A stretch of 64,000 nt of DNA from Octopus bimaculoides (Eukaryota), in contig NC_068994.1 of NCBI RefSeq assembly GCF_001194135.2, positions 869,534-933,533 on the forward strand, in the 5' to 3' direction. Under the pieces are notes generated by a model that did not search any database, was not told the origin of the DNA, and saw nothing but the letters and a program-made list of their open reading frames with translations. This document shows, one piece after another, positions 24,544 through 38,206 of the stretch. The position numbers were made by a program, and so were the translations under genes. Position 1 is the stretch's first letter. Every line of letters starts with the position of its first letter.

Positions 24544-24712
24544 NNNNNNNNNNNNNNNNNNNNNNNNNNNNNNNNNNNNNNNNNNNNNNNNNNNNNNNNN
24601 NNNNNNNNNNNNNNNNNNNNNNNNNNNNNNNNNNNNNNNNNNNNNNNNNNNNNNNNNNNNNNNNNNNNNNNNNNNNNNNNNNNNNNNNNNNNNNNNNNNN
24701 NNNNNNNNNNNN
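24544..24712. other. Assembly gap (N run)
   Basis: Ns after (AT)n. Confidence 1.
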
Positions 24713-27700
24713 GACTATTTCTCTTTTAACGACCATTTATATTACCACAGCACCATAACTAACTACTTTGAATCAAGACATATGTACCTCACTTTGTTCT
24801 CATCTATAACCCCCCCCCCCCACACACACTGATTAAGTTTCCTGTCAGGACTAATTCCTAGGAAGTCACAGCATGGAAATAGTTATGTCATTAGGTAAAG
24901 GCATGTTCTCTTATTACTGCTACTGTTACTGCTACTAAACCAGTTTACACTGAGTGCAGCCAACTTCTTGCACACACACACACACACACACCCTTCTTTT
25001 CATATGTGTGTTTTCACAACACACTGTCTACTACTGCATTATTTCATGCCAACTGCTTATTTTCATTTATTCACCACTGCATTCAAATTATAATTTTCAT
25101 GTAGTAAAAGCTTCTTCTCACGCTGGTTTCTAGATATTCCTGTCTTTGTATAATTTCATACCCACACCTCATTTGCCTTGCTGGTCCTTATTTGAGGAAA
25201 ATGAAGTTGATATCTATGTGATTTGAACCAACAACATAAAGATAGCATGGTCTAGACTAGACAAACAAAGCAAATACTTCTGAAGTCCTTCACCATACAC
25301 AAGGGCAATTATTTCTAGGTTCACAATGTTTTAGGTTATTATTGCATGGGTACCACCATATTACTGTTATTTATTTTAAAAGATAATCGACAAAACTGAC
25401 TAGTCTTCTTCTGACATAAATGTGATCAAATTTTAGAAAGACCCATCCTGATAAATTGTTTAGTATAGCCGTTACAACAGTGCAGTAAGTGGTGGTGGGA
25501 TGGGTTGGCGGGTGGGTTTTTAGGCATGTGGAACAGTAATCTCCCTTTGAGATACCAAGCACTAGTTCAGCTCTTCCATTTATTTATTGTTACTTAGCCC
25601 TACAATAACAAATCATCAGTTATTAGAACCCGGGTTTTTCTCTTCGTCCTATATTTTTGGGATTTTGTTTTATTAAATCAATTTTTTGTTTGAAGTAGTA
25701 GAAAATGGTAAGTTGGAAGAATTTCAGTTAAGAATAAATCTCTTCTAAAGGAACTATGTCTAACTCTTGCGTAATGTTATGAAAAACTGAGATTTTGTCA
25801 GTAATTATGGACAAAGAAATTATAAACTGATTAACAAGGTTGAGAGAAAATATTCTAATTTATAATTAACAAATTAGTTATATTAAAACGAACTGATTAG
25901 AGGATGGAACACATCTGCTGCTTCTGTTTTTGTCTCAGTATTTTTGTAATGGATGACTTTCTACCTTTACTGTGAGAGGATATCTTTATGGGAGGGAGCC
26001 ACATTTCCTAAGATATGATTGACATCCAGTGAAAAGAAGGGATGATAAACAACACTTCAATAAATTTATTCATAAATTTTGACATGACTAAATGGTGACA
26101 GTAAGGTGTATTATTAGTAAGGGGATCCCACCTACCCAACACTCAACAAAAGAAGATGGTGGAATGATATTTCATTGCTGAAATATTATTTCTCTTTGAG
26201 AACCTTCTGATAATAAATAGCTATAATACGATAAAGTTTGAAATAGTTGCAGAAATAATGGCGTGAAATATTAACTTAGTAAATCTTGTATATTTCATGG
26301 TTAGGATTCACCACCCACAGACAGACGAAGGGCTGGTGCCATGCCTACAGGGTGGTGAGTATGAAAAGAAGATGGATCCCAAAAAGTAAGTTCACCCTGA
26401 TATCCTCATCCATTGTAGCCCCTCTCTACTACCAACCCAACTAAATCCATCTGTGAACCTTCTTCTTATCATGTCTAACACATAATTAGACCTTACTAAC
26501 AACCATAACCATTAGATTTTTTTCATATTCCCACCTCCAAATTGTTTTATCCTAATATTCTCAAATTTCTCTCTGGTAATTTTATTTTGATATTTTTTTA
26601 AAACTAATTTTATTTATTTATTTTTTTTCTTGATAATATCAATTCTATTCTCTGTTTTCTGAGATACATCTTAGTTTTGTTATGACATAATCTATTTTTT
26701 GTTTCATGCGGAATCAATATATTTTAGATAAACCATTGATTGGGAAGCCAGAATGTTAAGCTTATTTAATACCCAATGTTTCATAGCACAGTTTCAGATT
26801 TTTATGGCTGGAAACTGGAATTATTGAACATTGAATGATGTGGATTGCTGTGTAGGTTAACCCAACTTCCTGTGTATAGGGTATTTGCTTTAAGTTTTAT
26901 TTAAGCTCTTCTTTGTAGAATTCAAGGTGGATGGATGCTAATGAGGTGACAGATTTAGTGTCGGAGTCAAGACAGTTCCAGGGATTTGTGTGTGTGTGTG
27001 GATGTGTAGGTGCCCCATATGCACACGTATGATTGTATATTTTCATCGCAGGAAACTTAAATCAAGAACCTTTGGAATATTCTACAAATTTTCTCTCATG
27101 AATTGGATTAAGAGGATATGAATCAGTTTGCTTTGTTCTTTCTTGAAAAACCTCAGTATTTCCACATTTCTATTCAAATCTATTGTTACATGACTGAGTG
27201 CACCTATGACATTAGGTAAAAGTGAGTACCTACAGCTAGGACACAAGAGCTGTAAGTTCTGCATTAGTTCACCAGAGACGTTCTCCTTTCCCTAACTTTA
27301 GGTGAGACAGTCACACCTGTTGGGTAGCTAACCTCTAAAACAGTGCCTGACTTTAGTTCTCTCTCTCAGAGAACAGTGTCAGGTCTGTTATGTGTGCACT
27401 GGATAGCTATCTTTATTGGAATATATCACCAATATTCCTTCTTATTGACAGATATGGATACATTGTGTGTGTCAGTGGGTATACAAGGGTTTGTCACTTG
27501 GGTAATACAGAAATATAACAAAGAAAAATGCCAGGAATACATAAAACTAACTGGTATGTATATGTGAAAAGTGAGTATCAGGGCATGAGTGAGATGAGAT
27601 GTGATGAGTGAGTGAAACATGTAAATAATCCAACAACAAAAGAGGTTTGTCTAATTAATTAAATTTCTCCCCCAATGGAAGTATTGTGAGTGACAACTGA

Positions 27701-28149
27701 TAAATGTGAATGTCTCTTCTTCATTGATTTGTTCATATTTATTTATTCTTTCATTCTGTGGCCATGCTAGAGCTCTACCTTAAAGTCATATCAACTCTAG
27801 CTTTATTAATCTCTATTTATCAAGTGGCTAAGTCACCTTTTAATGTGACGGAATGTAATTACTAGTAAGCATAAATGCATGCACACACATACATGGTTGT
27901 CTGTACAGTTTCCATCTACCAAATTGCACTCATTGGTCAGGTTGAAACTATAATTGTTTGCCTGAGGAGCCATGTAATGGGATCAACTCCATGTGTTTCT
28001 GAGACAAACTGTCATATGGTTATGTCTGCTATACCTTAATTAATTAATTGAAATCAATTAGCTTGTCATCTCTCCCCCTTTGTTCCTTATTAGAGAAATA
28101 TTTCACATTTTCTCTATAATTGATTCAGTAGCCAAGTTAACTGAGTTTG

Positions 28150-28315
28150 TTGACTTGCTGGACGTAACAATTTCCTATCCCTCATCTCACACCTGTCCAT
28201 TGGATAATGTAGTCCTGTAATATGTCTGACTAAAAGAGGGTGTGGTTACAGCTGGAAGCTGTTTTCTCTTGATTCTCTTCAACAATAGTTCACCCCGGGT
28301 TAAACAACAACAACA
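28150..28315 (-). mobile_element. Decayed interspersed repeat (family D; GAGATTTGGCTGCTATTTCTAG-type)
   Basis: Related fragments at ~2440-2545, 12860-13000, 32300-32365, 40370-40420, 40765-40795, 43890-43945 and 47130-47180. Confidence 0.5.
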
Positions 28316-28915
28316 CGTTTCAGAAATTCTTTTACATATTCTCTTTCAATTTATATTTTAGAGTCTGTGATAAATTGGGGTTCTTTAGTAATAAATGTTT
28401 GAAGTCTTAATTAATATAAGAGCTAAATTGGCAGGGATGTTGAAGTAGTGAATGAAATACTTTGCTCTATTTATTCCTCCTGCTTCTCTTTGTGTTCACA
28501 GTTCAAATCCCTCTGAGGTCAACTTTGCTTTTCATTCCTCCAGGGTTGAGTTAGGGTTGGATTGTTTGAACATTGGTCAGGATACCTTGTGGTATTGGTC
28601 CTGCCTTTTTGCTTTCTGTCTTAAATTCCATCATGGCTTACTTGTGCAGTAGAGTTAATGCATCACCAGGCCCTTGGAGGGCTTTAGCTTTCAAATCAGG
28701 TCTCCAGTTTAGGGATACCTCCCTCCAACTGATCTCAGAGATCCCGTTATGGAGTTGCTCTTATTTCTGATTGAGCCTGTATGTTCTGTGAGTGCATACA
28801 CATGCAGTCAGACATACTGTAGGATGGTTACAGATGTTATTTAACTTTTTTTTCTTGCTATTTAGTTGGAGGGAAGAGCAGCAGCTTATTAAATATTATT
28901 ATTATTATTATTATT

Positions 28916-29188
28916 AAGGTGGTGAGCTGGCAGAATGGTTAGGATGCTGGGCGAAATGCTTCACAACATTTTTTCTGTCCTTATGTTCTGAGTTCAAATT
29001 CTGCTGAAGTTGACTTTGCCTTTCATCCTTTTGGAGTCCAATAAAAATAAAGTACCAGTTAAGTCCTAGGGTCAATGAATCCAAGTAACCTCTCCCTTCT
29101 CTTAAAAGTACTGGCCTTGTACTAAAACCTCGATTATTTACCTTTCATCCTCTCAGGGTTGATAATATAAAGTACCAGTCAAGCACCG

Positions 29189-29241
<53 letters not shown>

Positions 29242-29298
29242 AATCGACTAACCCCATTCCCCAAATTTTGGGCTTTGTGTCTATATTTGAAACAATTG
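28916..29298 (+). mobile_element. Tandem family A SINEs (full copy plus 3' half), second copy interrupted by (GT)n
   Basis: Two CTTTCATCC...ATAAAGTACCAG domains (29025, 29140). (GT)n 29191-29237 sits between CACCGGGG and TGTAATCGACT. Confidence 0.85.
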
Positions 29299-30612
29299 TT
29301 GTCAATCCTCCTGTTTGTCTCCTCTAACAACACATCATTTCAACATCACATTCATGTGTGTGTGTGTGTGTGTGTTTTCGTATCATAGCCAACTACACTA
29401 TTGTTATGTTTTTACTGTAAATTACTCACACCAGACTTCTTTGTTCTTGTTATTATACTCTACACGAAACAAGTGCTAATCATTAGCTAGATTAAAATTA
29501 CCTTTTATATTTTCATAACTATATCTTTTCTCTCTGGAGAACAGTTTTTATCATTAAAATAATACATTTTAGAACTTTATGTCTTACTAACTGATGCTAT
29601 TTGTTTCTAATTTACTTTATTGTTTTACTAAAGTGATAATCAGCAATATTTTATTATCTCCGAACTTCAAACCCATCATCATATTCCTTACATTGTTAGT
29701 GATAGTTAATGATGTAGCCAAGTAAGGAATAAGTGTATGTCAAAAGTTGTCTACATTTCTAACTTAAACCTGTATTATTATTTAAAATAAACCTTCACTG
29801 AAATTTCAAACACCATTTGTAATGATGGCGATATTTTAGTGACAGTGTTTAGTGTCAGAGATGCCTGTAGAGGTGGTGTTGTGCATACTGTGTTGGTCAA
29901 AGAATTAATTAGAAAACAGTTCACCTTCCAGTATTGTGTAACCAATGTAGCAACTATGGTTTATAGCTCACTCCCTACACTCCGTCTTTCAATATAGATT
30001 TTCTTTTTTTTTTTTGTTGTTATCTATTTAGTGTGTTTGATGTCTGAATCTGCTACATTTATTGCACAAATCCAATGAAACAATCTATAACATCTACCAT
30101 TGACATTTTAGGGTTGGATAAAAGTTTGTCTTTTGCTTTAGATATTTGTGAAAAAAATAATTGCCTGTGATACTACTTTAATGATAATTAGTTTTACCTT
30201 CGTCTATATAGCATTGCTGATTGATCTAGTTTTATAGCAGTCACCTTCTTTCATTAATTTTAATTATTCTAACTAGTTTTTGATTTTTAATTTAATGTAT
30301 TTTACAATTTGGAAAATTAAAAATTTCAGCATCTTTGAATTTATATCAAAAACCAATTTGATTGAATTTATCATGTTAGTTAATTAAATATTAGCCGTAA
30401 TTTATTCCAGTTAAACAACTAATCAAAGGATTACTCTGTTCAGTGTGACAATTCTTTAGTTTCCCTGCTTCTAACAAAAATACTTTGGCTTCTTCAAAAG
30501 TTTTCTTTTTCTCTTAAGTTGAATGTAATTTTGTTTAACCTTTCACTTCAAATAGAAGTCATTGACCTTCAGCCTTTAATTAGCAAATTTATTACAATTA
30601 TCACACATGTGC

Positions 30613-30652
<40 letters not shown>

Positions 30653-30742
30653 TGATGTAAACAGCTTCTTATGGTTTCTTGGTTATTTCTGTTAGTTTTC
30701 GTTGTGTCAATGTAAGGAGTTGTTTCTTTCCTGTCATGACAG

Positions 30743-30818
30743 GATAATAATATTGCTACTCGGAATTGGGGGTTCTTATGTAACCAAACCTGTCGATATA
30801 GTCAAACATTTAAACATG
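30743..30818 (+). other. Candidate 76-nt internal exon (unverified)
   Basis: Acceptor TTGTTTCTTTCCTGTCATGACAG| and donor ATG|GTAGGC. Two of three frames are open (DNNIATRNWGFLCNQTCRYSQTFKH or IIILLLGIGGSYVTKPVDIVKHLNM). I do not recognise either peptide. Confidence 0.2.
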
Positions 30819-30912
30819 GTAGGCTGCAAACATTGACTATATTCAGCCCAAGTTAGGTTTAGTGGGTGGAATACCATACATTGATTTCTTGCAAAATAGA
30901 GATACTGCATTT

Positions 30913-31271
30913 NNNNNNNNNNNNNNNNNNNNNNNNNNNNNNNNNNNNNNNNNNNNNNNNNNNNNNNNNNNNNNNNNNNNNNNNNNNNNNNNNNNNNNNN
31001 NNNNNNNNNNNNNNNNNNNNNNNNNNNNNNNNNNNNNNNNNNNNNNNNNNNNNNNNNNNNNNNNNNNNNNNNNNNNNNNNNNNNNNNNNNNNNNNNNNNN
31101 NNNNNNNNNNNNNNNNNNNNNNNNNNNNNNNNNNNNNNNNNNNNNNNNNNNNNNNNNNNNNNNNNNNNNNNNNNNNNNNNNNNNNNNNNNNNNNNNNNNN
31201 NNNNNNNNNNNNNNNNNNNNNNNNNNNNNNNNNNNNNNNNNNNNNNNNNNNNNNNNNNNNNNNNNNNNNNN
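30913..31271. other. Assembly gap (N run)
   Basis: Ns ending in (AT)n. Confidence 1.
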
Positions 31272-31721
31272 ATATATATATATATAAAAATAGAATGTAT
31301 GTAAGTATATATTAGTGACTTGTTAGTTTTTAATAAGAAAATTAAATAAGGAGCTAACTGCACCGTTCTCTTGCATTGCTATAAACTGGCAGTCATAGCA
31401 GCTTTCTTCAACAAGGAGCTGATCCCAATATGTGTGTGTTTGTGTGCGTGTGTGTGCATGCGTGCGTGCATGTGCGCGCGCACATTGCATACAGCCATTC
31501 TCTTATGTGTTTCACACACAGCATTGGCTTATTCTGTTTGTCTGTAGTATGTACACATGTTACTTTTCAACTGCACACAGTATTCTATACCCTATCCTAT
31601 TTCTCATTTACTTGTTACTAACTTATTTCAATGAGATATTGCAGTTTACAGTTGGGTTTGGGGATTGGGTTTCCAGTTAACTTGCATCTACAGCGCATGT
31701 CTTGCTTCCCTTGTGCTGGTG

Positions 31722-31821
31722 CCAGTAGTAGTAGTAGTAGTAGTAGTAGTAATATTAGCAGCAGCAGTTGCAGTAATAGTGGTAGTAGTAGTGGTATTGG
31801 TAGTGGTGGTGGTAGTAGTAC

Positions 31822-31855
<34 letters not shown>
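31722..31855. repeat. Degenerate (GTA)n/(GCA)n trinucleotide repeat
   Basis: Produces the poly-S, poly-V and poly-T ORFs. Confidence 0.95.
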
Positions 31856-34800
31856 CGTTGGACAGGTCAACACCAGTTTTGCTGGTACATGTCTCTACCA
31901 GCTTTACTGTCTTTTACTTCTAACATAGATGTTACTATTGATAGTTGGCTGTTTAATATTATAAGAAGCGCGCGCCTGTGCCTGCCCACACACACACACA
32001 CACACACTCGCTTTACTTTTTCTCAGCCATCTCCCTCTCCATTTTCTCTTTCTTTCTCTCTCTCTCTCTCTCACCATCCATTCTTTATCTTAGCTATGAA
32101 TTCCAACTTACTGCATTAGTAACTTAACTTTCTGTATGTTTATATATTTACTTTTACTTAACTGACTTTACAGACAGACATCCACTTTTACATAACCAGT
32201 CTGTCATATGGGAGTGGATGTGCCATATATAACATAGACATTCAATTATGTATGTGTGTGTGTGTAGCCGCTCACTTTTGCATCAAAGTCCCCTTTTAAG
32301 ATAGTTAGGTGTAAATTGAGTGAGATTTGGCTGCTTTTCTAGCAACCATATAGAGGTTCCTTCTTTAGTTTTGATGTTGAGTTAATATTGTAAAAGAACA
32401 TGACAATAGTAAATCTTATTTTTTGTTTGTTTGCTGAAATTAAAACAATGAGTGCAACTTCTTTACTATGAAATATTGCTCAACTCACAGCCCTCTCTAT
32501 TAAACCAGATTATTTAGATTAGAGTGGCCTGACTTGTTCAGTATTTCTTCTTTGTCAGCGATCTGTTTTGTTATTCCACTTTTATCTTCACTTAATTATC
32601 TTTTAAAACATTCCTTCAAACCTAATTCGCTGTTCACCTCTAATTTGGTTCCTTTATAATATAGTATATTTCTCTACATATCACATTGTACCTCTCTATA
32701 TTATCATACTACCTCTCTGTCTAAATATCACACAGCACCTCATTAACCTATTTCTCCCTCAATATGTATCTATTTTAACAGCATCCAGCCATTTCACTTA
32801 TCTTGGTTCTGCTACAATCTCTGCTATTCTTATCATTATATACTATTATCTTTTGAAGTTACTCTTGCTAAAAATTTAAAAACAATTCTCCGTTCCCCTG
32901 TCATTTATGTTTGATTCAGTTATATTTCTTAAGGTTAATTAGTTAATGTAATTCTGTGAGATATAAAGTTGTGGCTAATTTAAAATATTAATTTAATGTG
33001 AAACAATACTTCGGAAAAGTTAACTTTGAGTAGATGTCTTTGTAATAGTATTAAATTGACATTGACTTCTTCTTGAAATTTGCTTTATGACTCCCTATAA
33101 CTTCATTATATCATTGTCTCCCTGTAGACAACCACACTCTGAATGACAGCTACATACAGACAGACAGACAAACTTTTCTCAAGTTCCAAATGTGAATTTA
33201 TCTGTGTTAACTACATCCCAAAGATGGAGCCTTGTATCTTTGTTGGAAATCGGCTCCCTCCTCAGTGGAATTAAAAAATAGAAGACACACACACATACCA
33301 GTCAGTCAGTTACCTTGTGCATGCATGTTGTAGAAAACTGCAATGTGACAGTTCCTAGATGGCTACTGATTTTGTGTGTGCATATATATATACACACACA
33401 CACACACACAGACACTTTTATGTGTATAGACTGGAAGAGAGAAACAGGATGTTGTCACCTGTGTGCTTTTCATAGAAAAGCAAGTTTCAGTGATTCAAAT
33501 TGTGATTGCAAGTCTACACTCATTTGGACTGTGTGAAATAGAATTTATTTACAGTCTATTTCTTAAAGAATTGCTTTGTTTTGCAACATACAACTTCTAG
33601 AAACCAGGTGGTTGGCCTAGTTTAAGTATCGTGTGTGGGTCATATGACTAATATTGAGGCTGAGCAAGTGCACAACACAGATGCTTGTAGGGAGAAGCGA
33701 GTGTGGGGTGGTCCAGCACAGGAGAGGAGAAATGATGTCTGCACCAGTGATGGGTGGCAGCACTAACTACTTTGCATTGTGAGAGAGAAAGAGGGTTTGT
33801 GAATTTGAAGGAAATGCACACGTAGGAAAAAGAAAGGAAAACAATAACAATTGATTTCGGGCAGATTTTTTTCCTCTTAGTCCTTGTTCCTTCTTTAGAT
33901 GTGTTTGTCATTTCCTTCTCACACCAACACACAACTATCTGCCCGTCACCACCCCACACATTGTTATTCAGGGTACTGCTATGTACTTCATATTCCTGGG
34001 TATGGTGTGAGAGAAGCAAGAGAGTTGTATTATGAAGAGGCGCAGGGAAAATAGAAAACACTGTTTGCTGCAGCCTGCTTTCTCTGCTTTGTTGGCTTTT
34101 GTGTGTGTGTGTGTGTGTGTGTGTTAGATTTTTCTCTATGAGATCTCTGCTTTGCTCACGCTGTCCATGTGTAGTCACTGTTACTTTGCTCGTTTCTCAT
34201 GGCTTTCTTACTGATTCTTTTGGGAAAATGGGGATTGTTAAATGGCCAAAGTGGGCCTTTGGTCAACATGATCTTTCTCTCATTTTAATTTACCCTGACA
34301 CTTCTTCTGTCAAAAGGAATTTACAAATTGTCTACGAATTGAATGACCCCCCCACACCCACCCTTCTCACTGCATCTACTGCTTTTTACAAATAGAAAAT
34401 TGAAATAAAAAAAAAAAATGTAACTTTTGTTGGTTTTTAAATTATTCTCACACCTTGTGTAATCATAAATGTGCACATGCGCTTCTGCACATATGCATAC
34501 ACCAATACAAAAGCCGATGCAGTATCATTCTTTTTTCATCTGCACACGTGCAGAAATGTGTACACATATACATCTAACACTGTTGTAGACAGCAAAATGT
34601 ATAAAGATACTTAAATACTTTATTTTGTACAAAATTCTGATTTTGTACAAAATTCTTATTGGTTATTAATAACAAATTAGTTTTCCAATATTTGTCTTAT
34701 GTAATTGAACAGTGAGAAAGATGAGGCATGCACAACATGAACAAGTGAAAGCTTAAGCTGTTTAAGCTCCTACTATTTACACCCAAATTCTGCTGACGCC

Positions 34801-37127
34801 ATTTTATATATCATGCAATTGCTTGGTTGTTTAAGCGGTTAAATATTTTGTTTAATTTTACTCCTCTAACTGACCACTGGACAAAGGCTTGTAGGGATGG
34901 AAGAAAGTTGATCTTTTCTCAGACATGTTTTTTTGGACTAAATGATGAAGAGCTGAACAATTGTGTTGTCTAGCTGGCCTGTCACTGCACAGTTGTCTAT
35001 CGTACTGTTGAGACAGTAGACCTGAACGGTATGAATAACTGACCACTCCAGCTATCTTCTTCTTCTTCTTATTATTATTATTATTATGATCATCATCATC
35101 AAAATATACTCTCTACAGATGACCACTTGGTTTACACATTAACAAAACAGTTACAAAAGGTAAACATTAAATGTATTCCGTAAACTATTTTTTAAAAATT
35201 CAAACTTATTTTCCATAACTCTATCAGTTTGTCCCCTTTCTGTTGAAACCGGTTCACAGTCTTCTCTTTACAACTTACACATTTCTTTTGTTTTTGTACA
35301 CACAGATCATACTTTATGTTGTGTTAAATATTTCTTCTCTTATCTAATGTTCTCGTTCATTCTGCGATGTATTTGCTCGACTTCTTTCTTGCGTTTCTCA
35401 TACACATAACAAATACCATGAAATTCTTCAGAGCATTTCTTTGTTATCTAATTAAATAATTTGTCTCATTAACGTGTTTGAAGTTGTGTAGTTTATTAAG
35501 CCTCCAGCTGGTGTCAGTGAACATTTTGAAAGAAATTTTTATTTAATTTTACATAAAAGTGACAGTATTGATTACAAAAAAGATGTTGGTATATTTCAGT
35601 TTTGCAATGCTTCAGTGTTTGCTGTGAATCTTGTTTAGTTTGTTCAGTCTGTAACAGTGAAATATCAGGTGTAATTAACAGCCAGTTCTCTAGAGATTGA
35701 TTAGTTCCCTTTGCCATCATTTCTAAATTTTATTTAAATGGAAATAGAAGTCATACTTAAAAAGTTATGGAGATAAGCAAGTGTTTTTAAGTTATCTCTA
35801 GATGAGATAATTCTAGGTATCTCAAATTATGTTGAGATCGTATTTCATTGGTGTAAAAACTTTGCATATCTTATGGAAATTATTTAAAATGTGAACATCC
35901 CAAATCACATTCTTCCTTTTCGAACTCTCAAATGTTTCCCTGTGTTGCTCCTCAATACAACCAGACTTGAGAGTTCTTTAATAACAAATGTGAACAACTG
36001 AGAAGTTTTTCCTTCATAGATTGTTTTATTGGACATTGTTAACATATTGTTTCCCCCTCATCTCATATGTCTTCCTTTTTCTTAGAGATTACCCTTGAAA
36101 GATGTCTCAACTTGTCATCTCCTTCTTGTTTTCTTTTCTTTATACATAGCACACTCTATACATCTATAAACACACACAAAGTGCTTGTGTGTATGTACAC
36201 ACACATGTATATACGCAGTATATATACACAGTATATACAATAAACACACACACTGACTACATGCTGACCTCTGTCCACATCTCACATGCTATTCTCAGTC
36301 CTCTGGAGCTGAATCAGAGTCATTTCTCACTTTGAACACTTTATACATTTGCACACTTGCTACGCGGCGTCTGTTTGTAAGGTTAAACAAATTCTGTTGT
36401 TTACACGTATGAAGAATGTTTTCTAGATTTTCTCTGGAGACACTCTCCTTCTCAAACTCCTCATGAATCGACTTCATACATTGGAGTAGAACCAACAGAC
36501 AATAGATTCTCAGTTTATACTCATTACTCCTTAAATTCATCTTCTATGTGTTACACTGCCATTTCTTGACCATTCATTCCTTTCCATTGTACCCACAATT
36601 CCAAAACACCAACTGCCCTCTGCAATAATCACTTGACATCAAATTCATATTACTTCTGTCCTCTGCATTTTCTGTTTATTTTCAAAACTTGGTCTCTCTT
36701 TAGCCCAGATCATATAAGTTACATAGAACAGAAACTGAATTTCTTTTCTATTGTGTTTTCTTAGTTTTCCATTTGCTGACAGCTGGCATCATTTCATTAT
36801 ATTTTCTCTCTCATTAATCCTGTAATTATTTCACACTTCTACTTCACTAAATAACAAAGATCCATTCAATTTGGAAGACAACTGTCACATTTTGGTATTG
36901 TTGTAATAATGTTCAAGGTAGTTGAGGAGTGTTTAGCTTGAGTAGAGCCTGAATGCTATCAACCTAGTTTAGATCTCAGAACATTTTGTAATATTTTGGA
37001 GACCAGAAAAAAGTGAAAATTCCGATTCCGATAATGATTTCAATAAACCAAACAATTTTTCATATTATTGTCATAGATTTAATTTTGTTCAACGAGAATG
37101 CTTTCTGATTAATATATAATTCCTGCT

Positions 37128-37338
37128 TAGGGTGGCGAGTTGGCAGAATCATTAGCACGCTGGGCAAAATACTCAGCAGCATTTTGTCTGTCTTTATGTT
37201 CTGAGTTCAAATGCTGCCAAGGACAATTTTACCTTTCATCCTTTCGGGGTCAATAAAATAAGTACCAGCTGGACACTGGGGTCGATGTAATTGATTTAAC
37301 CCTCACCTGAAATTGTTGAGTGAAAATTTGAAACTAAT
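37128..37338 (+). mobile_element. Family A SINE
   Basis: GGCGAGTTGGCAGAATCATTAGCAC...CTTTCATCCTTTCGGGGTCAATAAAATAAGTACCAG. Confidence 0.9.
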
Positions 37339-37884
37339 ATATTTCTTTTGCTTAATGCTACTCATTTGTTATTTGAAATCAAAATGTTTAATCACATCTC
37401 TGGGGATTTTAGCGATTTTTTTCCTCCTCTTTCTTGCAACTTGACAATTTCTGGAATAAGATTTATAATCACCTTTTGAGTGAATGATTCGTAATTGGTT
37501 GCTTTGAATTATTGAATAAAATTGTTGAGTCCCAGGGAGAGACTTAGAGATGTTTGTGTGTGCGTGTGATGTATTACTCTAATAATACTGAAACAGATGT
37601 ATTGGGTTCACTTGATTTGGAAACGGGCCTGGATACAATCTGCTGATATTAAATCCTACAACACTGTCATTACTTTACCACATTTTCAAAATATTCAAAA
37701 CAAAAATGTTCATTATGAACTTATTGTAAATTGAAAAGTGGAGAACCATGAAATTCAATCAGGAATGGCTAAGAAGAAAATTATTCTGACTTGTATATGG
37801 AAACAAATTTATGTTCAACTTTCTGACACATAATTAAACTTTAAGAGGACTTTTTCAGTATTTAATTCAAACTAGTATGACATT

Positions 37885-38206
37885 CAAGAGGACAACATTG
37901 CTATAAGCAGGTCAGAGGTTAGGGAGCTGACAACACTTCTGTGACCACTTTATATAATGGAGAGTTGAGAGGACAACATTTCTGTGATCAGCTTTTACAA
38001 TAGGGAGATAAGAGGGCAACGTTTCTGTGCCAAGTTTATATAGTAGGGAGTTGAGAGGATAACATATCTGTGAGAAGTTTATATAATAGGGAGTTGACTG
38101 GACAAAATTTCTGTGACTGGTGTATATAATAGGGAGTTGACAGGACAATATTTCTGTGATACATTTATATAACAGGGTTTATGTAACAGGGAGTTGACAG
38201 GACAAC
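37885..38206. repeat. 43-bp minisatellite, about 6 full plus partial units
   Basis: Consensus GGGAGTTGASAGGACAACATTTCTGTGAnnnnTTTATATAATA. Units start at 37922, 37959, 38003, 38046, 38089, 38132 and 38189. Confidence 0.92.

Noticed and set aside
31631-32119. 162-aa Ser/Gly-rich ORF
   Set aside because: Built on a (GTA)n repeat and ends in CA/CT repeats.
33648-34178. 176-aa minus ORF
   Set aside because: Near-cognate start, (CA)n tract and no recognisable domain.
34621-34659. Tandem duplication of TTTTGTACAAAATTCT with an internal palindrome
   Set aside because: Short AT-rich local duplication with no supporting context.
37885-38206. CRISPR-like appearance of the 43-bp array
   Set aside because: Eukaryotic context, variable part only 4-5 nt rather than ~30-nt unique spacers, degenerate repeats and no cas genes.
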